From Folioceros fuciformis (Eukaryota): a DNA stretch of 61,967 bases. Every line of letters starts with the position of its first letter. The stretch's first letter is position 1. The notes beneath the pieces are model-generated. The model saw only the letters and a program-made list of their open reading frames with translations. It did no database searches and was not told the origin of the DNA. The stretch lies in NCBI GenBank assembly GCA_049999805.1, contig JBNGIO010005907.1, positions 1-61,967 on the forward strand, given 5' to 3'. The position numbers and the translations under genes are program-made. Below are positions 11,701-20,499 of this stretch, piece by piece.

Positions 11701-11985
11701 GGAGGACATATCCCGCAGAACGACCTTGTTCTCAAAGCTGTGTCAGACAGAGAAAAGGAGGATGCATTATGTGGACATGCAGAGAAACTGGCCCTGGCTT
11801 ATGGTCTTTTGAACACCTCGGATGGCACCAGTTTACTAATCACGAAGAATCTTCGAATGTGCAATGACTGCCACAGTAGCACCAAGATTTTGTCACACCT
11901 TGAGAATCGAGAAATTGTAGTAAGGGATGCTCACCGTGTGCACCATTTTCTGAAGGGCTCGTGTTCATGTGGGGACCGGCCATGA
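8701..11985 (+). CDS. PLS-class PPR protein with DYW:KP deaminase domain (C-terminus DRP); candidate U-to-C organellar editing factor
   Basis: P-L-S triplet array, E1/E2, then WKKPARASIE, HAEKLA, MCNDCH and CSCGDRP*. Intronless, with a ~90-aa N-terminal extension. Confidence 0.93.
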   Translation: MVTLGMMGVSRLHGHVALPHPAAQQSVLVDDGLLCINWKIPQQKLKPGGFDAESRITSSGLSAPGVGARAYMLASSRRDSEVETWRRICVDGQKLHVAVEALVHLVQAGSFVDNTLLYLVLKRCIEEEDLVLGRRVHALTVRSGNGSDSFLVNHLVRMYAAHARLGEAMQVFANMAAPNSFVWASIIKAHSDHGQPAQAIELFRGMRRSGVKPNDSVYVAVLKACACAEDLVSGKEFHADIIRSGGQTSMFVSTCLVKMYAQCGRLEDARTVFDKMPTKDVVAWTTMIAGYAHGRLGQEALNLYASMQADVLSPANQLTFIALLKACAIIGDIHQGKQLHSVIQKRGLETEIVVGNCLVDMYSKCGSLEDARKLFDSMLRRDVVTWNTMITGYAQHGLGQHALDLYADRKQECVDVANHFTYSGLLNACASVRALPQGEEIHSLIEERGLESDLVVGNCLVDMYAKCGSLDDAQMAFDMLPMKDVVTWNTMIGGYSQHGLGQEALDLYARMQDEGLTEANDVTFSFLFNACASVGALHKGKQIHMLVQQRELEVDLVMGNCLIDMYSKCGSLEDARLVFHSLLAKDVVTWTSMITGYAQHGLSDEALSLYQDMQRAGITLANQVTFVSLLKACASVGALHQGKHLHTLIRERGLEADLDVGNCLVDMYSKCGAIQDARLIFEEMSTRDVVTWTSMIGGYAMHGLGQEALDLYAIMQQQRLIEPNRVTFLCLLKACTMVGAAHQGKQIHGVIRERGLEADATINSCLVDMYAKCGSLESARSLFDRLPARDVVTWNALLNGYAAHGDDRKAIHCFEEMEQDGVKPNAATFISLLVACSHKGLVSEGQAYFKQMVEDHGLVPTDCHHNCMVDLFGRSGNLDLAEVLLQTTRFENEVVGWTSLLSSCKCHGDVDRAQRCFNRLVTLEPENASPYMLLGNLYAKSGRWEDVKHLEGLRKAAGAWKKPARASIELKNKVHEFVVGEERADISSKLESLNIRLKKEGGHIPQNDLVLKAVSDREKEDALCGHAEKLALAYGLLNTSDGTSLLITKNLRMCNDCHSSTKILSHLENREIVVRDAHRVHHFLKGSCSCGDRP

Positions 11986-12023
11986 CCAACAGGCGGGGAA
12001 GAGAAATGGGATTGGAACTCCAG

Positions 12024-13907
12024 TCAGATTCTCTGCAGCTGTTTATTCAAGCTTCTGAGCAAGCTGTACAGAGGTGCTTCTTCTTGTGGTCTGTGGTGCC
12101 TGTTGTCTCCGACAAAAAAAGTGCGCACCTCCTGTCGGAGCTCTATCCAACTCTGCGCAGGCTGCTTCCATGCCCCTGCTCTTCGTCTTAGCTCATCTAC
12201 GTCCTTGGCGTGTTCCCACATGCCAGCTTCAGAGTAGATGTTGCACATCATCAAATAGGCTGACGCTCGCTCTGGCTCTAACGTAACAGAACTCTCAAAG
12301 GCACGCTTGCCTAGCTCAACATTGCTATGCTTCCGGCAGGCTCCTAGCAGAGACAACCATACACGTAGGTCAGGCTGCATTGGCATCTCTGAAATGATGC
12401 TTTCTGCCTTACTGAAGAGTCCAGCGCGGGCAACAAGATCAATCACACAGGCATAGTGCTCAAGCTCGGGAGAAATGCCATGATCTATGGCCATTGTTTC
12501 AAAATACTGCAGACCTCTGGCCACCAAGCCAGCATTGCAGCACGCAGAGAGAATTGCCAAAAATGTGACCCTGTTTGGTTTCACCCCGGTCTCAGTCATG
12601 TTCGCAAAGCACTGCACACTAGAGTGCACATCTCCTTGCCTGGCATAACCGGCAATTAAAGCAGTGCATGAAACCACATCCGGCTGCGTCAACGAGTCAA
12701 ACACCTTGTGAGCATCCACCATGCTTCCACATTTGCCAAAAGTGTGAATCAGACTATTGGCCACAACCAGATTGGAAGCTAATCCACTTTCCAGAATTTC
12801 TTTCTGAACGTGCTTACAGACGTCCAAGGCTCCTGTGCAGCTGCATGCTTGTAGTGCATACAAGACCGTAGCCTCATCTATCCCCATGCCCTCTTCCCGC
12901 ATTTTCTTGTAGATGTGCAAGGCCTTTTCCCAGTGCCCCAGCCCCACATATGCTACCATCATGACTCGCCATAACACCACGTCTCGTTTGGACAATCCGT
13001 CAAACACTTTCTGTGCATCCTCTATGCTTCCGCACTTCGCGTACACGCTGACCAACGTGCTTCCCACAAACACATCCGATCCATAACCCAGCTCAACAGC
13101 TTGTGCATGCAATTCCTTCCCCTTGTGCAGCGATTCCACTTTGACGTCCTGCCTGTGTACACGTGCACCCACCTCCCTCTCTGCCTGGCTCCCACATGCT
13201 TGGAGAACACTCACAAAGGTTCGATCATCTGGGCGCACACCACTTCTTCGCATATGCCCGTACAGCTGCAAGGCCAAATCTGATCTCTCCTGCTGAGCAT
13301 ATGCTCCAAGTATGGCGTTCCACGACACAACATCTCTCGTCGACAATGTGTCGAACACCTTTTGCGCGTCGCTGATGCTCCCACACTTGGCATACATACT
13401 CACCAGAGTGTTACCCACAAACACATCCGACTCAAGCCCTCGCCTTCGAGCGTCATCATGAACACGCCTCCCCTCCTCCAGATCTCCTAGCCTGCTGCAT
13501 GCCTTCAGCACGCTGACAAACGTGTACTTGTTGGCGAGCTCACCCTCCAGTTGCATCTGCTGATAGCACACGAGAGCCTGCCGGCATAGCCCCGCATTGC
13601 TGTACCCTGAGATGATGGCCGTCCAAGCAAACACTGACCGGTGGGACAGTCTGTAAAACACACACAGCCCATCTCCTAGGCCGCCGCAGGTGACCAGCGT
13701 GGTCACGGCAAGGTTGCCCAGAAGCTTGTTGGATTCCAGCCCATGTTTTGCTAGATGGGAGTGTACTTGTCTGGCCTCCGCCAGATCCTTCTTCTTCATG
13801 CATTCCTGCAGCAGACTTCTGTATAGGTGGACCGCAGGCACACTGCCCTCCAGATCTGCCTGCGCCAGGGCAGACAGCGCATGGTTGAGCCCCAAAAGCT
13901 CAACCAT
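12024..13907 (-). CDS. PLS-class PPR protein, E/E+ type (truncated DYW, no deaminase site), with one long-L motif
   Basis: PLS array ending WKQPAQSWIE...TFFVGD...LQRI*, with no HxE or CxxC. L-motif insertion QAEREVGARVHRQDVKVESL. Confidence 0.9.
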   Translation of the reverse strand: MVELLGLNHALSALAQADLEGSVPAVHLYRSLLQECMKKKDLAEARQVHSHLAKHGLESNKLLGNLAVTTLVTCGGLGDGLCVFYRLSHRSVFAWTAIISGYSNAGLCRQALVCYQQMQLEGELANKYTFVSVLKACSRLGDLEEGRRVHDDARRRGLESDVFVGNTLVSMYAKCGSISDAQKVFDTLSTRDVVSWNAILGAYAQQERSDLALQLYGHMRRSGVRPDDRTFVSVLQACGSQAEREVGARVHRQDVKVESLHKGKELHAQAVELGYGSDVFVGSTLVSVYAKCGSIEDAQKVFDGLSKRDVVLWRVMMVAYVGLGHWEKALHIYKKMREEGMGIDEATVLYALQACSCTGALDVCKHVQKEILESGLASNLVVANSLIHTFGKCGSMVDAHKVFDSLTQPDVVSCTALIAGYARQGDVHSSVQCFANMTETGVKPNRVTFLAILSACCNAGLVARGLQYFETMAIDHGISPELEHYACVIDLVARAGLFSKAESIISEMPMQPDLRVWLSLLGACRKHSNVELGKRAFESSVTLEPERASAYLMMCNIYSEAGMWEHAKDVDELRRRAGAWKQPAQSWIELRQEVRTFFVGDNRHHRPQEEAPLYSLLRSLNKQLQRI

Positions 13908-14115
13908 TTGACCATCAGCTCATCCCCCAACAATCTGCGGAGTAAATCCGGACTTGCCGTTCTTTCCTGCTTGCTTGCTTTACGCTTGCACCATCAACTG
14001 CATGCTTTGAACTCATGTTGAGTTCCAGGATTCTCCATCAAAATCCAAAGCTGACTCTAGGTTGAGCATCAGTATCCCTACCTCCATGTGGGCATGAAAG
14101 GTAACCTTGTATCCC

Positions 14116-16761
14116 ATGGTGGTACTAATGTCCATGGAGGTGTATGCCACCTGCACATCTCAGGTTGATTCTGTCAGGGCCAGTGAAGTTGAATATCTGT
14201 GCAAGGAAGGGCAGTTGGACAAGGCCTTGGGTATCCTGTTTGGTTTAAAACAGCAGGGCACAGTGCACATGTACAAGAGCCTCTTACAGGCGTGCATGAA
14301 GAAGAAGTCCCTTGCCAAGGCTAGGCGGGTACATGACCATTTGGCCAAGCATGGGTTGGAGTCGGACAGATTATTGGGGAACCTTGTCGTCACCACGCTT
14401 GTGAACTGTGGAAACCTTACAGACGGACTCAGTCTGTTCCGGAGGCTGTCGCATCGCACAGTTTTCTCGTGGACTGCCATCATCACAGGGTACAGTAATG
14501 CTGGACACGAACGGAAGGCCCTGTCATGCTACCACCTAATGCAGCAAGAAGGTGTGCATCCCGACAAGTATACTATTGTCAGCTTGCTCAAGGCATGTAG
14601 TCGGTTAGGAGACCTGATAGAGGGCAGGCGTGTCCATGGCGATGCTGTCAGATACGGGATGGAGTCGGACGTTTTCGTGGGTAACACTTTGGTTATTATG
14701 TATGCGAAGTGCGGGGGCATCGTGGATGCACAAAAGGTCTTTGATGGCTTGTCTGAGCGTGATGTGGTGTCATGGAATGTGATGCTTGCAGCATACGCTC
14801 AGCAGGGCCAAGGAGAGAAGGCACTGAGAATTTATGAGCAAATGCAGAAGAATGGGATTAGACCAGATGATCGGACATTTGTCGGTGCCTTGCAAGCCTG
14901 TGGCACCCTTGCAGAGAGGGAGAAAAGTGCAATGGTGCATGGGTACAACGTCAAGGTGGAGTCACTGCGGAAAGGAAAGGAACTACATACTGAAGTTGCT
15001 CGGTTGGGCTTCGTCTCCGATATGTTTGTTGCTACTACGTTGGTTAGTATGTATGCGAAGTGTGGGAGCATCGTGGATGCACAACAGGTGTTTGACACGT
15101 TGTCCCAGCGTAGTGTTGTGACATGGAATGCAATGCTTGCAGCATATGCCCACCAGGCTGAAGGGGAAAAGACCCTGAAAATCTATCAGCAAATGCGAAT
15201 GGAAGGCGTGCGGCCAGATGCTTGGACCTTTGTCAGCGTCCTCCAAGCATGTGGCAGCCTTGCAGAAAAACAGAACAGCGTTGCTGTGCAAGGTGCCGAA
15301 GTGGCCTTGCTGCATGTGGTGGAAGAGATACATGCAGAGGTTGTTCGGCTGGGTTACGAAAAGGATTTGTTTGTTGCCAATGCCCTGATATCAACGTTTG
15401 CAAAGTGCGGGAGCATCAAGCATTCACGAGGAGTGTTTGACGATATGCCTGTTCGTGACTTAGTGTCATGGAATTCTATCGTCGGGGCATATGCTCAGAA
15501 CGAGGAAGCAGAGAATGCCCTGCAGGTTTATGCGCAGATGCAAGCGCAAGGTTTCAAGCCGAATGCTCGTACCTTAGCCAGTGCTATCCAAGCATGTGGG
15601 ACCCTCGCAGAGAATGAGGAAGGTGCCCTGGTACATGGTCAAACTCTTAAAGTGGTATCCCTGCAAAAAGGGGAGGAACTACATCGTGAAGCTGCTAAGC
15701 TGGGCTGTGGGTCAGATGTGTTTGTGGGTAGCAGTTTGGTGAGCATGTATGCCAAATGTGGCAGCTTTAAGGATGCAGAAAATGTGTTTCACAGTTTGTC
15801 CCAGCGTGATGTTGTTGCTTGGAATGCATTTCTTGCGGCATGTGCTCGTGAAGAGCAGGGAGAGATGGCTTTGCACATCTATTTCAAAATGCAGCAGGAT
15901 GGCATGATAGTGGATCACGCTACGTTTGTTTCCGTTCTAGGAGCTTGTAGCAGCATAGGAGACCTAGATGCCTGCAGGCATACTCACCAGAGTATTCTGA
16001 GACGTGGGATGGAGTGCAACCTTTTTGTGGCAACTAGCTTAATTCATGCTTACAGCAGATGTGGAAGTATGAGGAATGCTCAAAACGTGTTCGACTCGTT
16101 ACCGCATTCTGACGTTGTGTCTTGCAATGCACTACTGGCTGGGTATGCTCGACAAGGAGACTCTGATGCGTGTATACGATGCTACAACGACATGAGTATA
16201 AAAGGCCAAAAACCAAATAGGGTGACATTTCTGGCTCTTCTTTCTGCATGCAGTCATGCTGGCAGGGTGGACAGAGGTCTAGAGTACTTCGAGAGCATGA
16301 CCAGGGACCATGGCATTGCTGCGGAACTGGCGCACTTTGTGTGTGTAATTGACCTTGTTGGGCGTGCAGGACTCTTCCGCCAAGCAGAAGACCTTGTCTT
16401 GAATATGCCTATGCAGCCTAATTTTTCTATTTGGCTGTGTTTATTAGGTGCCTGTCAAAAGCATGGCAATGTGACACTGGGAAGACGTGCCTTCGATCAT
16501 GCCGTGGCTCTAGATCCAGAACAAGGTGCAGCATATGTCCTCATGTTTAATATCTATGCTGATACTGGGATGTGGGACCATGCCAAGGAAATAGACGAAA
16601 GGAGGAGGGAAGCAGGTGCTCGGAAGCAGCCTGGCAAAAGCTGGATAAAGCATGGGCAGGACGTGCACACATTTCTAGCCCAGGATTGCAGGTATCTCCA
16701 AGACGATCTGCACAGCTTCCTCGTCAGGTTGAACTCACAGCTGACCGGAGCAGGTTATTGA
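14116..16761 (+). CDS. PLS-class PPR protein, E/E+ type (PG-box, truncated DYW), with three long-L motifs
   Basis: PLS array ending KQPGKSWIK...HTFLAQD...TGAGY*. First in-frame ATG is at 14116. Confidence 0.9.
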   Translation: MVVLMSMEVYATCTSQVDSVRASEVEYLCKEGQLDKALGILFGLKQQGTVHMYKSLLQACMKKKSLAKARRVHDHLAKHGLESDRLLGNLVVTTLVNCGNLTDGLSLFRRLSHRTVFSWTAIITGYSNAGHERKALSCYHLMQQEGVHPDKYTIVSLLKACSRLGDLIEGRRVHGDAVRYGMESDVFVGNTLVIMYAKCGGIVDAQKVFDGLSERDVVSWNVMLAAYAQQGQGEKALRIYEQMQKNGIRPDDRTFVGALQACGTLAEREKSAMVHGYNVKVESLRKGKELHTEVARLGFVSDMFVATTLVSMYAKCGSIVDAQQVFDTLSQRSVVTWNAMLAAYAHQAEGEKTLKIYQQMRMEGVRPDAWTFVSVLQACGSLAEKQNSVAVQGAEVALLHVVEEIHAEVVRLGYEKDLFVANALISTFAKCGSIKHSRGVFDDMPVRDLVSWNSIVGAYAQNEEAENALQVYAQMQAQGFKPNARTLASAIQACGTLAENEEGALVHGQTLKVVSLQKGEELHREAAKLGCGSDVFVGSSLVSMYAKCGSFKDAENVFHSLSQRDVVAWNAFLAACAREEQGEMALHIYFKMQQDGMIVDHATFVSVLGACSSIGDLDACRHTHQSILRRGMECNLFVATSLIHAYSRCGSMRNAQNVFDSLPHSDVVSCNALLAGYARQGDSDACIRCYNDMSIKGQKPNRVTFLALLSACSHAGRVDRGLEYFESMTRDHGIAAELAHFVCVIDLVGRAGLFRQAEDLVLNMPMQPNFSIWLCLLGACQKHGNVTLGRRAFDHAVALDPEQGAAYVLMFNIYADTGMWDHAKEIDERRREAGARKQPGKSWIKHGQDVHTFLAQDCRYLQDDLHSFLVRLNSQLTGAGY

Positions 16762-16872
16762 TCGACCTGTCCTGGGAACACATAAACTGTGCCACAAACC
16801 ATGGACCACGGAATTTCTGCTAGCAGTGACAGAATCATGTGGGTTTGCTCAAACGTACTTGAATTGCGCTTG

Positions 16873-19800
16873 TCAACTATGATCACCACATGAACAAAAT
16901 CCATCAACAAAATGGTGAACACGGTGTGCATCTCTAACTATGATCTCTCGCTTCTCAATCTTGGACATCATCTTCGTACCAGTATGGCAGTCATTGCACA
17001 TACGTAGATTTTTTGTCACGAGCAAAGTGGTGCCATCTGCAGTGTTCAGCAGACCATAGGCCAAAGCTAATTTCTCTGCATGACCACACAATGCATCTTC
17101 CTTGCCTTGGTCTGGTACAGGCTTCAGCACCCGCTCTGTATGTGGAAACTGCCTGCCTCCCTCTCCCAACTGCAAATTGGCACTCCGTAATTGCGAGGAA
17201 ATATCATCCCTCTCTTCTCCCACTGTAAACATGTGGACTTGACTGCCTACCTCGATCCATGCCCTTGCAGGCTTCTTGCAAGCGCCTGCAGACCTTCTCA
17301 AGCTTTCTATTCTCTCAACATCTGTCCACCTGCCAGCATTTGCATAAATGGATCCAAGAAGTACATACGCAGATGCATTCTGCCGATCTAACTCAATAAT
17401 CTGGTCAAAGCAGCGGTTCCCACGCTCAATGTCCCCATGGCTCTTACACGCACTCAATAGAGATGTCCAACCCACAATGTCCTTGTCACATTCCATGGTT
17501 GCCAGCAGATTTTCGGCTTCATCCAGGCGGCCTGATCTACCAAGAAGGTCAACCATACAATTGTAGTGATACCCAGTTGGTTGAATGCCGTGGTCTTCCT
17601 CCATCATCCTAAAAACCTGCTGACCGTCATTCACCAAACCCTGATGACTGCACGCCATCAAAAGACAACTAAAAGTGGTGGCATTGGGCTGAACTCCCTG
17701 ATGTTGCATCTGGTGGAAATAATGCATTGCCATTTGACTATCATTGTGCAGACCGTAGCCATTTACCAAAGCCGTCCACGTGACAACATCTTTCGTGGGC
17801 AAACTGTCGAACACTCTCTGAGCATCTGGCAGACTGCCGCATTTTGCATACATGTCCACCAAGCTGTTCCCAAGAACCAGATCAGTTTCTACATTTCTCT
17901 CCTGGATCTGGTTATGGATCTGCTTACCCTGATCCAGAGCTCCAACGCTGGCGCAGGCTTTCAGAAGGCATAGAAATGTGACATTATCGCCTGGAGATAT
18001 GCCCTCCTGCAGCATAGCCGCATACAGATTAAGGGCGTCGTGACCAAGCCCATACTCTGCATAAGCTGCGATCAGGGCAGTCCAGACACTCACATCCCTT
18101 GTCGGCAACCTGTCAAATACTCTGCGGGCATCCTCTACGCTGCCACATTTAGCATACATATCCACCAGGCAGTTCCCGAGCACCACATCTGCTGCCAGTC
18201 CTCTTTCCTGAATCTGGCAATGAAGCTGCTTCCCCTCATGTAAAGCTCCAATGCTGCCACAGGCATTCAAGAGGCACACAAATGTAACCCGATTGGCAGG
18301 AGTAACGCCCTCCTGTTGCATGGTCGCATACAGCGCCAGGGCTTCTTGTCCTAGTCCATGCCTGGCATATCCGGCAATCATGGCAGTCCAAGTCACCACA
18401 TCTTTTGTGGCCAGTCTGTCAAACTGTAGACGAGCATCAATTAGACTACCGCATTTTGCATACATGTCTACCAGGCTGTTGCTAACAACCACATCATGCT
18501 CTAGACCTCTCTCCTTGATCTGTGAATGAAGCTCCTTGCCTTGATGCAAAGCTCCAATGCTGGCACATGCCTTGAGAAGGCAGGCGAATGTGACACGGTC
18601 AGCTGCAATATTGCCCTCCAGCTGCATACTTTCATAAAGGCTTAGAGCTTGTTGACCGAGACCCTGATGAGCGTATCCGGTAAGCATGGCATTCCAGGTT
18701 ATTACATCTTTAATGGGCAGTCTGTCAAACACCGCACGAGCATCCTCTAAGCTGCCACACTTTGCATACATGTCAACCAGGCTGTTGGCAACTACCAAGT
18801 CACCTTCAAGTCCTTTTTTCTCTACCAGAGAATGGAGCTGCTTGCCCTGGTGTAAAGCTCCGAGGCTTGCACATGCTTTCAGGAGGCATGTCAGTGTAAC
18901 ATGATCAGGCTGAACGTCCTCATCTTCCATAATTGAGTACAGCGTGAGAGCTTCTTGGGCAAGGCCATGTTGAGCATAGCCTGCGAGCATGACATTCCAA
19001 GTAACCACATTTCTATCGCACAGATGGTCGAATACTCTGCGAGCATCTTCTAAACTCCCACATTTCACATACATATCCACCAAGCTGCTACCGAGAAATA
19101 GGTCAACATCCACAGCAGTACCCAGAACATCAGCGTGAACCTGCTTGCCAGAAGCTAAATCTGACGCGTTAGCGCATGCCTTAAGAGCCGCCACAAAGGC
19201 ATAGTTATTCGGAGTTGTGCGCAGCTGTCGCATCTGTTGGTAGTAGGCAACAGCTGTTGCAGGCTGTTGAAGCTCAGCATGTGCCAAAATAATAGAAGCC
19301 CACATGAAGGAGTCAGGTGCATCAAGCTTCGAAAACACTTGCGTTGCTTCTTTCAACTGTCCATGGGAGGAATACATGCGAATAAGGTGGTTAGCCAGGA
19401 ATGTGCTCGAGTTGTAGCCATTTTCAGAAGTCAAGGCATGAAGCTGCTTGCCCGCAGCCAAATCACTCTCCGCACTGCATCCTTTCAGGACCAGATAATG
19501 CAGACATACGGGAATATAGTACCCTCTCTGCACCAAGCCGTCAAGTGCTTGGACTGCCTCATTCACATGTCCCAGCTGACACAGTTTACCCCATATTCCA
19601 CCCTCAAGGACTTCTTCATACCTGCAACAAGGTTTCTGGATTGTAAGATCAGCAAGAGCATCCTCACTTAAATTTCACTGCGAAGGAAGGAGGAGTAAGA
19701 AGTAACTTAACCTAGCGCTGCCAGGCTGCTGAGATGCACCACCTCTCGGATCTGGCCGGGCTTTCTCCTGCAGCCATGCATCAACCCACAAGGCATCCCT

Positions 19801-19908
19801 GGCTCCGGTGTGCAGGAAAAGGTGTCTCTGCAATGTGGCAACAATTAACTGCCCCACCCAGGTCTGCTTCGGGGGCCACCGAATGTTGCCAACCAGATGG
19901 CAAGGCAT
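16873..19908 (-). CDS. PLS-class PPR protein with DYW:KP domain (C-terminus DHS); predicted exons 19908-19712 and 19621-16873
   Basis: KKPARAWIE, HAEKLA, MCNDCH, CSCGDHS*. The upstream in-frame ORF joins through a 90-nt phase-2 GT-AG intron (19622-19711) that contains the in-frame TGA. Confidence 0.9.
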
Positions 19909-20499
19909 GAGTCCTGACACGGAACACCGGCTTGCACCTGTTGACCCACAAGTATGCAATATCTGGGAGCAGATCCCCGACAGTCAGCCCTGCAAGCAAC
20001 TGTTGTATTGAGGACTGCAGAGCTTCTTCCCTTCTCGAGAGAATGCGACAAAGAAAAGCAGAATTGCTTCAAAGAATCAACCTCCTAGAAAGGAAACATG
20101 CAACCACTCCCCCACCTAGATCAATTATGGACTTGTCTTGCTCCGCTGCAGCTGGCAGCGATAATCGCTGCCTGTTCCATCCCTCCCAATGGCTTGGAAA
20201 ACTGGGTCTGATCCCGAACGGACTGGGCACAACGAAATCGTGGCCCCATATCTTCATGCGTGCAGACCCGCGATGGGGATCCCGCACAAACTAGGCATCG
20301 ACACACAGGCTTGCTACAGGCCTGCTCGACGTGTCCGAACAAGAGAATCGAAGACTAGCCAGTTCGTTTCTCCAGAGTGATCACAGAATTTGCTTCCTAC
20401 TTGGACTGTGAAAGACGGCGCCTGAAAGCAACATGGACTGCTCTGGTGTGGGGAGAGTCTCTTCATTTGGGAACGAGAGGGGAACCTGAAGCGCAGGTG

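Noticed and set aside
19622-19711. Premature TGA (19675-19677) making the fourth PPR a pseudogene
   Set aside because: The stop lies inside a well-formed 90-nt GT-AG intron with matching phase.
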